A DNA stretch of 64,000 nt from Octopus bimaculoides (taxonomy: Eukaryota), in contig NC_068983.1 in the NCBI RefSeq assembly GCF_001194135.2, forward strand, positions 117,027,925 through 117,091,924. Reading direction: 5' to 3'. The notes below the pieces were generated by a model. That model saw only the letters and a list, made by a program, of their open reading frames with translations. It did not search any database and was not told where the DNA came from. The position numbers and the translations under genes were made by a program. Shown here one piece after another: positions 36,750 to 50,621 of this stretch (its first letter is position 1; each line of letters opens with the position of its first letter).

Positions 36750-38782
36750 ATAGTAGTGTTGCTTTTAGCACGTACTATCACTACACTACAGAGCGCAGCC
36801 TTGTGTGACTTGGGCATGTGTTGTGGTTTGTTGTGATGCTTTTTCTTTTAATGTATTGAAAGTGTTTTACGTAGGATATGTGTAGCGCTTAGTGGTGCTA
36901 TTTTCTGTATGTTATATATACTTGTCAGTCCTGGTGTTTTTGTTATGCACTTGTTTTTAAATGTTTTTATCCTACCTAATGCGCCTACTATGATAGGAAG
37001 TATTTCTGCTTTTAAACTCCACATTCGAGTTACCTCTATTTCCAGATCTTTGTATTTTGAAAGTTTATCCGTTTCTTTTAGAGAAACATTGTCAACTGTT
37101 GGTATTGATACATCGATTAGAAAGCCTTTTTGTTCTTGGTGATCTCTGACAACCATATCCGGCGTATTGTGTGTATTAGCAAATTCCAGAATATGGCTGC
37201 TTTTTCATTTTCTGTGACCTTTTCTGGCATATGCCTATACCATTTTTTTCGCTTGTTATTCCATAGTGTTGGCATAGGTTCCAATGTATATAGATTCCAA
37301 CTCTATCGTGTCTTTGAATATATTGCTTTTTTTAGCCAGGACTAGGCAGCCAGAGACAATGTGATTTATTGTTTCTCGTACATCTCCACATATTCAGCAG
37401 TTACTTGTATTTCTTTTCATTGCATGTTTTTAGTAATTTCGGGTGGGAAGGCTTTCATCTTGCACTGCAATTAAGAATTCTTCAGTGTCTGCTTTGTGTC
37501 CTGTGCTTCTCAGCCATTGTTAGGATTTTACTTTGTCTATTTCTTTTCTGTTTAGTTCAACCCGGCATTTGACATGAAAGGGCTTTTCTTGTCATTGTTT
37601 TATCACAATCCGTTGCTGCTTCAGTTTCAAGTCGGATTTCAGTTGTTTTTGTTGTTCCTTTTTTTTTTTTCTTCATAATTGTTAGGCACTATGATTTCTT
37701 TTTTGTATTTGTTCTCTTCCTTAAAGTGGCATTTGTATTAGTTTTCCTTGCTTCTGATGTAGGCATTTCTGTAGTCTTATGATCGTTATTTTGTAATAGC
37801 GTTCTAGCTGTATAAGGCCACTACCACCTTCGATGCGTTGTATATATAACCTTTCTATGTCAAATTTTTTGTGGTGCATCTTAAATCCTGTTATTATTTT
37901 TCTTGTTTTCCTGTCTATTTTGATTAGTTCATTTAGAGTCCAGTTAAGAATACTGTAGCTGCAACTTATAACTGGGACGAGTGGAGTGTTGACACGTATT
38001 ATCTTGCCTTTCGCATTGAGAACTGTTTTCTATATAAATCTAACTCGTCTATAGTGTTCTTTTCTTATCTTCTCTTTCATTGGTGTGGCATGTATCTAGT
38101 TTATTGATTCCTAAGTATGTGTATGTCTGGCTTTGGTCTAATTGTCTTATCTCATTTGCTTTATCTAGTGTGATGTTGCTACTCTTAACTAGTTTTCCTC
38201 TTTTAAAGGTAGCTTTGGTACATTTTTCTAAGCCAAAATTCATGTGCATTTCTTTGGTAAATTCATGTACGGTCTGTAGTACTGTTTCCAGCTGGTTATC
38301 ATTTGTAGCATAGTTTTAGCTCATCCATATATAAGAGGTGGCTGATTGTTTTGCCGTAACAGTTGTATCCACATCCTGTTCTGATAAAGGTGTCAGTGCC
38401 AAGCAGAAAAGGAGTGGAGAGAGCGTGTCTCCCTGGAATATTTCTCTTCTAATGGGGATGGCTCTGGTTTTTATGAGTCCCTCTTTTGTCTGGCGCTGTA
38501 GCACTGTCTGCCATTTATTCATGGAATGTTTTATATATTCCATGATGATTGGTGCGATCTTGTTCATGGCTGGTGTTTCGAGGATTTATGTGTGGAGAAT
38601 ACTATTAAAAGCCTTTCGGTAATCGATCGAGGCCATATTTTGACCCTTCTTATTTCCGCGTTTGTTTTTGTTATGGATTTATTAATAAGTAACTGATCTT
38701 TACAGCCGCATAAGCCCTTGCAGCATACCTTCTGCTCTTCTGGAAATAGGCTGTATTCTTCCAGATGTTTGCTCATAATCGG
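36750..38782 (-). mobile_element. R4/Dong-like LINE, 5'-truncated and decayed (copy A)
   Basis: CKDQLLINK, IFQGDTLSPLLFCLALTPLS, MNFGLEKC, FLIDVSIP..KLSKYKDLEIE..PIIVGALG..HILRKTLS; TTA tracts at both ends. Confidence 0.93.
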
Positions 38783-38799
38783 TATTATTATTATTATGT

Positions 38800-39005
38800 A
38801 AGGTGGTTAGCAGGCAGAATCGTTAGCACGCTGTACGAAATGCTTAGCGGTATTTCGCCCGTCTTTACGTTCTGAGTTGAAATTCCGCTGAGGTCGAATC
38901 TACCTTTCATTCTCTCGGAATCGATAAAATAAGGACCAATGAAACACTGGGGTCGATGTAATTGACTCATCCCCTCCCCAAAAATTGTGGCAACATTTTT
39001 GAGAC

Positions 39006-39006
<1 letters not shown>
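38800..39006 (+). mobile_element. SINE family C with (ATT)n tail at 39007-39057
   Basis: GCAGAATCGTTAGCACGC..GAAATGCTTAGCGGTATTTCG..GTTCTGAGTTGAAATTCCGCTGAGGTCGA. Confidence 0.9.
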
Positions 39007-39057
<51 letters not shown>

Positions 39058-39058
<1 letters not shown>

Positions 39059-42042
39059 CTTCGTAAAACAGTGTAGGAAAAATTGCACCGAAGACCTTAG
39101 TCATCTGTCAAGTCACAACAAGGACCTCAGATAGATAATACTTTCCTTAAGATGTGTGCTGTACCCAATAAGGCTGCTTTTTGCAAGACATCAATCTTGC
39201 ATGGAATTTCCAGTTTTCTTAAGAAGTTTTGTAGTTTCAATGGGATTGAACCCAAAGCTCCGATCACCAGTGGTATCACTTTTACATTACCTTCTCGCAT
39301 TCCATACAGCCTTGCTATTTCCATTTTCAATTCGGAGTACTCGGTGATTTTTTTCCACCTCTTTACTCACAAACGTTCATGTAATTTGGTATGACTACAT
39401 CAATGATCTGGCAATATTTGTCTCTCTTATTCAATATGATAAAATCCGGCCGATGGTGTTCGATTACACGATCCGTCTGAAAATCAAGGTCCCAGAGTAT
39501 CGTTACTTTTCCATCCTCCTGCATGACTTTACTTGGTACATGCTCATGCCATTTCTTTGTTACTTCGTATTGGTATTTAAGGTATAAAAGCCAATGAAGA
39601 TCCACACACACACTTTATCGTGGCGACGCTTGTATTCTTTTTGTGCAAGGCTCTCACATCCACTTACCAAGTGGGTCACATTTTCCACACTCTTTCCACA
39701 GAGTCTGCATTTATGGGTGTCAGAAGTTTTATAGATGTTATGCTTCACTGAATTCGTAGCGAGGGCCTGGTCTTGTGCAGCAATGATTAAGCCTTCCGTG
39801 GTACGCTTCAAATAACCTCGCTGAAGCCATGCCCACGATGCTGTATTATCCTTAACGTCTTGTCTTGTGTACCCCTTTCAAACTCTCCATGCCTTCTCAT
39901 TTTCAAGAAGCTCTTCCTTTCTCTTCTCCTCAGCTCTTTGGTTAAACTCTGTCTCGTCCATCATTTCATCTGCATTTACACCCATATCTTTCGCGGAATA
40001 TTGCAGCAGCTCTTCTTCATCACTATTTTTCAAATACTCGGCAAGCGTTCTCCTTTCACTCCTTTCACTCTATACTAATTAGTCCTCTGCCACCCTTCTT
40101 AGTTTTCATATACAGTCTGTTTATGTTTGCTCTAGAGTGTAGCGCCCCATGCAGCGTCATCAACTTTCTCGTCCTTCTATCCAGAGATGATATTTCCTCC
40201 TTAGTCCATTTGAGGATTGACGCACTGTATCTGACTACCGCAACTGCCCAGATATTCATTCCGGTAATCAAAGTTTTGGCATTCAGGTTGGATTTCAACA
40301 CCATCTTCACCCTTTATTGATACACCTCGCTGACCTTGACTTTCATTTCTCTGTGTAGAATGTCATCCAACTCCATAATCCCTAAATATCTCTACCCACT
40401 ACCGTAGCGTTCACCCATGGTCTCTCCTGATGGTAACTGCAATCCTCTGCAGGCTGCTTTCTTCCCTCTTTTCGCATTAACTACTGAGCATTTGGTAATA
40501 CCAAATTCAATACCGATGTCCCTACCAAACTTCAGGTTATCCATAAACAGAAGATGGGTCAATGATGAGCCTTTCTTCCCACATCGGTAACCCATCTTAA
40601 CTTTCCTAAGTGTCATTTTTTATGGGTATTAGTGTAATTACAAATAATAACGAAGAAAAAGAGTCACCTTGGAAGATTCCCCTTTTAACACTAACTTCTC
40701 CAATGAATACATTACTTGAGTACAATATGGTTTTCCACTCTTTCATGCTATGCATCAGAAAATTTATGATGTCAGCAACATCAAATATCTGCAGGCATTC
40801 AATGATCCAAGAATGAGGCACCGTATCATATGCCTTCTTAAAGACAATCCAAGCCATAGACATGTTTGTATGATGTTTTCTACAATGCCTCAAAACTGTT
40901 TTATCGATGACCAGGTGATCCTTGGTACCCTGAGAACTCTTCCTACATCTTTTTTGTTCCCGTGGTTGTATTTCTTCCTGTGCCAGGTAAGTCTATATCT
41001 TTGCCGCACATATTCCAGTGAGTATCTTCCAGATTCCGTTTAGGCATGCTATGGGACGGTAGTTACCCACTATATTCCCCTTTCTTGTATCTTTCATTAC
41101 AAGTGTTGTCCTCCCTGTCACCATCCATCTCTAATTTTTCTCGATCGGTCTTTTTCCTATTTTTCCAGTTTCCTCCTAAACATTGCTCAGTTTTTCCTAG
41201 ATCTTGCTTTGACCGCATTATGTCCCTTTCACCGTGGTTCTTTTGCTCCACCATGTTTCGTTCTCTTAAGTTGTAATTTCTCCTCAGCAAGTAGCGCAAT
41301 AGCTTGGAGAAGATTCCTTGTTTGTGTTATGTCCTCCGTTAAATCCTACTCATATCTACCCTTCTCATATTCATGAGGATTTTTTTTCTTCTGGAGCGTT
41401 CATCTAATCGGTAAGTCGTCTTCGAATTTCAAGCAATTCGTTATCTAGTTGGTTCATTTCCCCTGAATGTCCACCCACCACAGTATCAGGGTTCAGTTCA
41501 CTGTATAAAGTTCCTGTTCCTCATCCTTAACAGCCCCATAACCATTCCCCTGCTCCTCCTGTCTACTCTTCTCCCTGCTTTCAACTCCTACCTCTCTGTT
41601 TTCAACTCCGACCATCCTTTGTAGCCCATCCGCAGGGTCTCTCAGACACTCACTAATCCGAGATACTTCTACTCGAGTTAAGTAATCCTTCCTCCTAATC
41701 ACTCTCATTTATTTTCTTACATTGGACACATGTCATTTTCCTTCCAAAATTTCAAGGTACGTCGGCCTACTCAGTGACTTATTTTCAGCTTTGCTCTTTA
41801 ATGACATTCAATGAGTGTATCGTACTCTTCCTTCGTCTAGTTATGTCTGTTTTTGCGCATACCGTGTATGTGATCTGTTGTGACATAACGACCGTCCGAG
41901 GTCAGATCACTGCTGCGGGCGGTTTCGTACGTACCGGGTGGGAAACCTTCATCATGAGCAGCTATAGCTACATTCTTGTTGTTAATTCTTTCCTTGTGTT
42001 GCATCATGATTTCATGAGTCGTTCGTGGGGTTCCCACGAAAG
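39058..42042 (-). mobile_element. R4/Dong-like LINE, near end-to-end but internally deleted and decayed (copy B): N-terminal region, RT, CCHC, REL
   Basis: KKAYDTVPHSWI, RGIFQGDSFS, HLLFMDNLK, GGRGLISIE, CRLCGKSVENVTHLVSGC..KRRHDKV, RPDFIIL..IIDVVIP, PLVIGALG..LLGTAHILRKVLSI; TTA at both junctions. Confidence 0.95.
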
Positions 42043-42110
42043 TTATTATTGAGATCCGATCTCTCTCTTCCCCTCTTTATTTGTATATACACGTGCACAT
42101 GTATGTACAT

Positions 42111-42141
<31 letters not shown>

Positions 42142-42239
42142 AATAACGCGCTTGCATTGTGTCGCCTCCATAACCACAGTGATTATCACAACCACAATCG
42201 TTCTCCATATAGCATTTAAAATTTTCAATAATAATATGG

Positions 42240-42372
42240 CTCTCGGTCGGTATATTGCAGCAGATCCTCGCCAAACGTTCTCCTTTCACTCCTTATACAA
42301 GGTTCAATACTAATCAGTCCTCGGCCACCATTCTTTCTTTTCATATAAGTCTGTTTACGTTTGCAGTTAACA
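42240..42372 (-). mobile_element. Short Dong-like RT thumb fragment
   Basis: YMKRKNGGRGLISIEPCIRSERRTFGE, paralogous to 39990-40130. Confidence 0.75.
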
Positions 42373-43344
42373 ATCATCATCATCATCATCATCATCATCG
42401 GTATTATTATTATTTCCATTTATTATTAAAAGGTATTATTAAATCTTGTTTAGTTTTAACTTTTGTTTCGTACTCGAGATAATCATAAATATGTGAGTAT
42501 TGAAGGGATTAGTTGGAGGAAAAACATCAGCTTGGTCAATAGACCAAATTCTACAGGTCTGGAAATAAGTTCGTAAGATGGTGAGAAGGAGGTGAACAAC
42601 CAGGCTTCACATTCATGTGCGATCAGGAGACAAAAGAAGCCTCACACCCTTTGGATCAAATGGGCTTACTACTACTAGCGATCAATGAGAACACTGACCT
42701 TGGCTTTGGAAAGAAGCAACTCATCTTGTTCTATTTTTAATTACTGATAGAAAAAGTAATTATATATGTGTATTGTATATAATAATATAGATTTAATCAA
42801 AAGATTAAATGTGGTACTTAAAATGTTTGAGACACCAGAATTTGGTAGGGTAAAAACAAAAAATAAAATCAAGAGATTAGCTGAATAAAATTTGAAGAAA
42901 AACAACAAAAATTCAATAGGTTATAGCAGTACGTACGTTTCGCACAAACTTCATTTATTCATGTAGTGAGAACACTACATAAAATGTGCAATGAAAATGT
43001 ACTCCTCAGCTGCATAATAGAATTTCATGTTAGAAAGTCATTTTGTAGATGTGTGCAAAAACAAGAGTAAGAGAAGAAAAAATACCATCTTGACTGGGCT
43101 GCCATTCAACAGTTTATATATATATATATNNNNNNNNNNNNNNNNNNNNNNNNNNNNNNNNNNNNNNNNNNNNNNNNNNNNNNNNNNNNNNNNNNNNNNN
43201 NNNNNNNNNNNNNNNNNNNNNNNNNNNNNNNNNNNNNNNNNNNNNNNNNNNNNNNNNNNNNNNNNNNNNNNNNNNATATATACTGATAAACACATCGTTG
43301 AATTTCTAGATTTTTTCTTCCTTTACTTTTTATAAGTTTTACTG

Positions 43345-43830
43345 CATTTTACATGTAAGCAATTAAAGTAAGAAGCGGTATAAATACACGCTTAAAGACT
43401 CTGGGAGTTTGTAACATCGTATCGACCAGCGGACCACACAAGCTGCTTGACCAATATGGCGCTGCAATATCCAGCAGGCTTTCAACGCATCTGAAGCAAA
43501 CAACCATCGTGTCACCCGGGCTACCCTCCCTTCCCAGCTTACACAACAGTTTGCCTCAAATGCTTTCTATCCGGGTGGAACCTAACCCAGCACACACCGA
43601 CATTTGTCTACGGCCGCTGTGAGTATGATCAGTCAATCGCATATGAGTCATATGAACTGCCACAGTGAATACATGGGGTGGGGTGGGTAAGGGGACCTGA
43701 TCTTTAGATATCATCCTGTCGAAGTCATCGACAACAAATACGAGAAATATTTTAACAAGAGTTCTGATTATGAAATCTTCACTCTCCAACAACAGACATT
43801 TCAGGAATGAAGTCACACAGTTCCAGATAC
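43345..43830 (-). mobile_element. Degenerate CR1/L2-group LINE, RT C-terminal fragment
   Basis: VESLLDIAAPYWSSSL..VFKRVFIP resembles the RS.LEYA.PVW..SL..Q.RA.R.I.P motif. Confidence 0.55.
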
Positions 43831-43891
43831 GGCGGGATACTTGTAGCTATTGAAGCTACATGTATGTATGTGTGTATGTATTCGTAAGTAT

Positions 43892-43954
<63 letters not shown>

Positions 43955-45292
43955 CATACATATGCATATGTTGTGTATGTGCGCATGTTTGAAATCCTGT
44001 ATGAATGCCTCCACGTGTATGTGGTTCTGTGTGTGTATAGTCTCTGTGGTTAGTTCAATATTCGATTATTGCATATTGTTTCGAGTAATGAGAGTTTAAA
44101 CAATGGTGATTGTAGTTACAATTGAACTTTCACTTGATTTCATATGAATAACGTGATTTTGGAAACATCCGTTTTGATGAGTAATTGAAATGACAGAATT
44201 CAGTACTTCTTGTTTGAAACAACGGATATTAAAAAAAGGAAATGTATTCATGTTACTCCTACCATTTACCATTTTAATGAATTACAGACCATGTATGTTC
44301 AGGCGTCTGTTTACCTAATTTTTATTGTATAATAAGGCAAGAAATATATATTATTTTTGGATGAAATTAATAAAAACAGTAATTTTTAATTAAGTGGTAA
44401 ATAGGTGTTATATTTTTCTTTTCATCATTGAATATATTATTCTATGATTAACAAAGAAATTTTCAGTTGCTTTAGCAAAGTTTCATTTAATAAACATAAC
44501 TATAGATTTTAACCAACAATATTCGTAAAAAAATGTTTTTCTTATCTGAAAAAAGATATCACACAGAGTACTTCCATTCATGTGTTGGATTTCACTGTAT
44601 GAGTGCCCGCTTTAATGTTCACTGAGACCCTGCTTAAAGGCGTATGTAATTCGAACAGAACGATTCGCAGTTATAATTTGTTCTTAACTGTTAGTTCAAT
44701 AAGTAATTTACTGATCTGTGAAAATTGTCTCGTTTCACTGATGTATTATGGAATATATCTATGGATGTCAGCAAGTTATGTATGTTATTGACAGATAAAT
44801 AGAAATTGTATTTTAAAAGCAATATTTCTGTGGACAATACAAGAAGCACTCCGTGACTGATAGAATTCTGGCATCGACTTGAAACTAGTCCAACCGATTT
44901 CTTTTTCTTTCGGCTAAATGCTACTCATATTTTCTATAGTACACTATGCTGTTGAAATAAGATCATGTTTATCACGTTAGTAAAATATTAATTGAACTAG
45001 CTACACAAACCTGTAAATATGCTAAATTGTCCGCCCTATTTACTTGGAGGTTTGTTAATGATAATTTTAAACAGCGTTTGCCTTGCCAGTTAAATCGCTG
45101 GTGAAATCCCGAAACAAAATTTTAATTACACCTGCTGCATTTGCATTTTGTCTTCTCTAAGATATTCTATATAAGGACAACGTGTTTGTATCTGCCAATT
45201 ACATATATATTTGGTCAGATCAATAGATATACTAAGTAGTACACATACATACATACATACATACATACATACATACATTCATACGTACATAT

Positions 45293-45347
<55 letters not shown>

Positions 45348-45686
45348 NNNNNNNNNNNNNNNNNNNNNNNNNNNNNNNNNNNNNNNNNNNNNNNNNNNNN
45401 NNNNNNNNNNNNNNNNNNNNNNNNNNNNNNNNNNNNNNNNNNNNNNNNNNNNNNNNNNNNNNNNNNNNNNNNNNNNNNNNNNNNNNNNNNNNNNNNNNNN
45501 NNNNNNNNNNNNNNNNNNNNNNNNNNNNNNNNNNNNNNNNNNNNNNNNNNNNNNNNNNNNNNNNNNNNNNNNNNNNNNNNNNNNNNNNNNNNNNNNNNNN
45601 NNNNNNNNNNNNNNNNNNNNNNNNNNNNNNNNNNNNNNNNNNNNNNNNNNNNNNNNNNNNNNNNNNNNNNNNNNNNNNNNNNNNNN

Positions 45687-45727
<41 letters not shown>

Positions 45728-47473
45728 GTATGCATGTATGTATGCTTGAATGTGTATATATGTATGTATATATATATACACCCATGCATATATTTACATC
45801 ATATATACATATACTTAGGCATATGAATATAAACCTACACACACACACACAAACACGTACATACACAAACACACACACGCATATGTATGTAGAGAGAGGG
45901 GGACAGAGAGAGAAAGCGACAGAATGAAAAGAGCAAGAAATACATACATACAGAAAAATACATACATATATAGAACAAAATAAAAATGATTATCGTGTCT
46001 CATTGCCAAGGGAGAAGTAAGAAGCTACCGTTAAGACCTTAAAGCACTTGATTCTCAAGGGAACTTTTGAGCAAACGCGTCAAAGAAATAAAATGTCACC
46101 TTATTATAAAGTGAAAGAAATATTAGAGCGTCTATAATGTTTCTTGAATCAATACAAGACAACTTACAGTTCAACAAAATGAAATACACATTAGCTACTA
46201 TATTCGCAAATGGTACAAAAAATAGTTTTACTAGGGAGAAAAATCTAATATATTTTACATATTACGGTATACGAGGAATTATAGTTTGAGATTTCCAGTT
46301 CTATTGTGACATTAGTAAAAGAACGATCTACTTTGTTCTTTACGAACATTGAATTTACTCAGAATTGCACATTCGTGTCAGTCATGAATTCCTGTAATAT
46401 TTGAAAATAGTACGGCAGACAAGCAAGGCAATAAAATTACTACTCTAATGTCCAGGGATAGTCATTACTAAACCACAATATATAGACAAGATGTACAATT
46501 TTTATGATAACCGTTTCGTTTAGAAACATCATGCAAGAAAATTTATGACTGCAATATTTCTAAACAATGATGATGGTGGCAGCTTATCAAACCATGACTT
46601 AGGAAGAATTCAAAGCAACTTATAAATTGATCTAAAAAAACATCTCATAAAGACAAAATCCCAGAAAAATATTTGGCTTTGATAAATACTATATATTAAT
46701 GCGCATATATAGTTACTTGCGTCAGAAATTTGCTTTACAATCATGTTTTCCAGAGTTCATATCCGCAGCGTCACAGCCTTAACAAGAGTATTTTTGTAGC
46801 ATTGGATTGACAAATGGATTTTCGGGTAATTTAGTAAATGGAAACTGTACAGAAAGCGGCTGGACGAATGAAGTTCAAGAAATTCTGTGGGATATATTGA
46901 ACACCGAGACATGACAATGACAAACTAACACTGCAAAGTACCGAGTATGCTTTGTGTATGTTACACAGAGCCACAAAAATTCGATCTTAATTTGACGGCT
47001 TATATCTCTACACGATGTTAAGTCTTATATGAAAACCAACAAGGTATAATGCTTCAATGTTCAATTCATATGCTTATTGAGATCGAGATGATACAGGACA
47101 AACTCTCAGATTAGATGTCTCTAATTACACAACGCTTCAATCGTCACCTAACGTGACACTTGTCGAGATGTCGATCCAAGACTGGCCCCTTTCTAAGTCA
47201 GAACATGTCATATTTTTTAGCATAACATTTTTCATCGCACTTGACTCGAAGTGAAAATCAAGTTTAGTGTTTATTAAGTGTGACTGGATTGTGTTGGGAA
47301 GACTAATTTGTTGAGGGGTTTTAATTTACCTTTTACAATCAATATGAAACCAAAACTGCATTCAAATGTAACTATTTCATAATTAATAAGAGTCGTCTGG
47401 TGTTGCAGAGAGAATAATTTGCAGCCATTTCCAAATACACGCTCATACTCAAACTCCCCTCCTCACACGCACA

Positions 47474-47524
<51 letters not shown>

Positions 47525-47579
47525 NNNNNNNNNNNNNNNNNNNNNNNNNNNNNNNNNNNNNNNNNNNNNNNNNNNNNNN

Positions 47580-47625
<46 letters not shown>

Positions 47626-49231
47626 TGCATGTATATGTACACACGCACACACATATACGCATGTACACACGCATGTACACACACACACACATACACACAC
47701 ACATACACACACACATGCACACACACACACACAAAAGGTATGACAGAAATTGGATATATTAAAGCGAACAAAAGAAAGACTATCGGCTAAACTATTGATA
47801 GATGAAGGATTACATGCTGTGAATAAGCCTCGGTTTCCTTTTCTTTTTCTTCTAAATTGGCTTCATTTAAGAGCCAACCACTGACAAGAATCACGAAAGA
47901 GAATGAAGATCAGGTGCACATTCTCAGTATGCATATATGTGAGCCACACAAATCACCTGATCATCTTTGAAATAAAATTACCTACTGATATCTGTCCGAA
48001 AGGACAGACGAAAGGCTACTCATTGAGAGTACGATGTGATTTGAAGAAAATATGACTACTGTTTCCACGAAGTCATGCGACTACATAGAAACACCTCCTT
48101 TAGATGTAGATATTGCAGGTGGAATTCACTATTTTCTGGATTTATAAGCAATGATTAAGATCTCAACTAGTGACAATTAATTATTGTTCTTTTCTTGTTT
48201 GCTTGTATCGAATATACATTATAAGCTAATGCTCTGCTCTTAGTGCAGAGGTTTGATAGTAATATTATTTTCTTTTGTTCACATCTAGTATTCCTAAGTT
48301 ACATATTCTCTTTTATTATTATTTTACAAGCAGTCTCATAAAACATGTTATCGACAATTCCAATGTAGTTGTATATTTCATCGCCAGATGTTAATGAGAT
48401 AGTTAGATAATTGATAGATATGTCGTCAGACTGAATCATTACAATTCCTTTATCCCCCACAATCTTATTTTGTACAACACCATTAATACACTTCCATTAA
48501 GAAAGAATATAACTTTGATCAATTCAGTTGACAATAACATACTTTCAAATGCCTACTTCAATACATTGAAGCAAATGTCTACAAATGCGAAAAAAACATA
48601 GAAGAGTGTATGTCGAGAGGTCCAGGAATCTGAAATGCCATTGAAGTTGCGACAAAGACAATTTTCACTAATTCTCTCAAGGTATGTGTAAATTGAAGCT
48701 ATGTATTTGGGAAAATGATGAAATTAACCTACACGATTACCATCATTTGTCTAGTAGCCTTTCAGTTCACTTATAGGATTTTTCCTGTAGATATATTCTC
48801 AGTCTTGTCTCTTGTAATCATTTCTAATGCCTGCATGTCTTAGACAACTACGAGTGAATAAAATAAGCCAAATCTATGATGTAGTTTCGATTCAAAGCTG
48901 AATTGAGCATTTTAATTTATGATCTAGTGTTGTAGAAGCATGGATATAGAATTTTATATTTCTATCACACAGAAATTAAAATGTATTGTTATCATCTGTG
49001 ACCTCTTTAGCGACCATTTCCCATACGTGTATCCTTCTTCCCCACTTAGTCAATTGGAATGTACGAAATATTTCTGGACAATGGACATAAGATAAAGTAA
49101 AAACAGTTATACACGACTGAATAATGAATATATTGTGCGTGTGTTCATTTGACAAAAAACAAAAATGACCACCCCGAAGTATAACAATACCTGTTTCAAC
49201 ACACGGTTTCATATCAGGAATCTTGTATTGG

Positions 49232-49337
49232 GTAGGATAAGCTTATTTATATAGTGAGAATGAGTAAAATATCAAAATCTCTCTCTCCAACTCTCACTTA
49301 CTCTCTCCCCTCTCTCTGTATATATATATATATATAT
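49232..49337 (+). repeat. ~90-bp repeat followed by (TA)n; second copy at 52744-52860
   Basis: GTAGGATAAGC.TATTTATATAGT.AGAATGAGTAAAATATCAAAATCTCT shared. Confidence 0.85.
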
Positions 49338-49929
49338 NNNNNNNNNNNNNNNNNNNNNNNNNNNNNNNNNNNNNNNNNNNNNNNNNNNNNNNNNNNNNNN
49401 NNNNNNNNNNNNNNNNNNNNNNNNNNNNNNNNNNNNNNNNNNNNNNNNNNNNNNNNNNNNNNNNNNNNNNNNNNNNNNNNNNNNNNNNNNNNNNNNNNNN
49501 NNNNNNNNNNNNNNNNNNNNNNNNNNNNNNNNNNNNNNNNNNNNNNNNNNNNNNNNNNNNNNNNNNNNNNNNNNNNNNNNNNNNNNNNNNNNNNNNNNNN
49601 NNNNNNNNNNNNNNNNNNNNNNNNNNNNNNNNNNNNNNNNNNNNNNNNNNNNNNNNNNNNNNNNNNNNNNNNNNNNNNNNNNNNNNNNNNNNNNNNNNNN
49701 NNNNNNNNNNNNNNNNNNNNNNNNNNNNNNNNNNNNNNNNNNNNNNNNNNNNNNNNNNNNNNNNNNNNNNNNNNNNNNNNNNNNNNNNNNNNNNNNNNNN
49801 NNNNNNNNNNNNNNNNNNNNNNNNNNNNNNNNNNNNNNNNNNNNNNNNNNNNNNNNNNNNNNNNNNNNNNNNNNNNNNNNNNNNNNNNNNNNNNNNNNNN
49901 NNNNNNNNNNNAATTTATATAACAATTAA

Positions 49930-50115
49930 AACACTGACAGCAGCAGCAGCAGTAGTTGCAGCGGCGAAGGAGGCGCAATGGTGGTGATGACGGTGGTGGT
50001 TTTGGTGGTGGTGGTGGTGGTGGTGGTGGTGGTGGTGGTGGTAGTAGTTTTGTAATTGTGGTGGTGGTACTTTTTGTAATTGTGATGGTCACTGTCGTGG
50101 TGGTGATGGTAGTTG
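49930..50115. repeat. CAG/GGT/GTG trinucleotide low-complexity tract
   Basis: Read directly; explains the poly-G/poly-P ORFs. Confidence 0.9.
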
Positions 50116-50621
50116 TAGTTGCTGTAAATCCGTTTTGTGAGACGGAACAGTTATAATTAGATTTGCTTCAAGGTCATGATTCATTTGAACGTGATCTGTT
50201 TATAACGTGCCGTAAAAAGGATATCGCACATACATAGATAACCAACAAAAGTCGATGCGGATCATACATCAGGTTCGATAGCAAACTGTAGAGTAAAATA
50301 ACAGATGGAAAGTTAACCAAAACAAAACGAAAACACTTAGAAAGTATGAACGGGAAGATAAATCTTTTGACCGACCGGAATACGTCTCAGAAATTAAACA
50401 AGAAAGAATCGAAATTCTGTCAAAAAGCTGATTCTTTTAAATGATAAATGCAAAAACGAACTGTTTTAAATAAACCTTTACAATACATGATGATTATTTA
50501 TTTTACGTAGATTTTGTTGATGTGTGAGCTTGTTCGTAAAGATTGCGGTTTAGAGAGATTTTCAGCTTGACAAATAAAAATGGCAATCAATTTTCTGTAT
50601 TTTTCATATTTATTTTCTATG

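Noticed and set aside
48340-48700. Possible further Dong-like RT remnant (DEIYNYIGIV)
   Set aside because: A single short motif resemblance; insufficient evidence.
49298-50156. Poly-Pro / poly-Gly ORFs
   Set aside because: Derived from a (GGT)n tract and an N gap.
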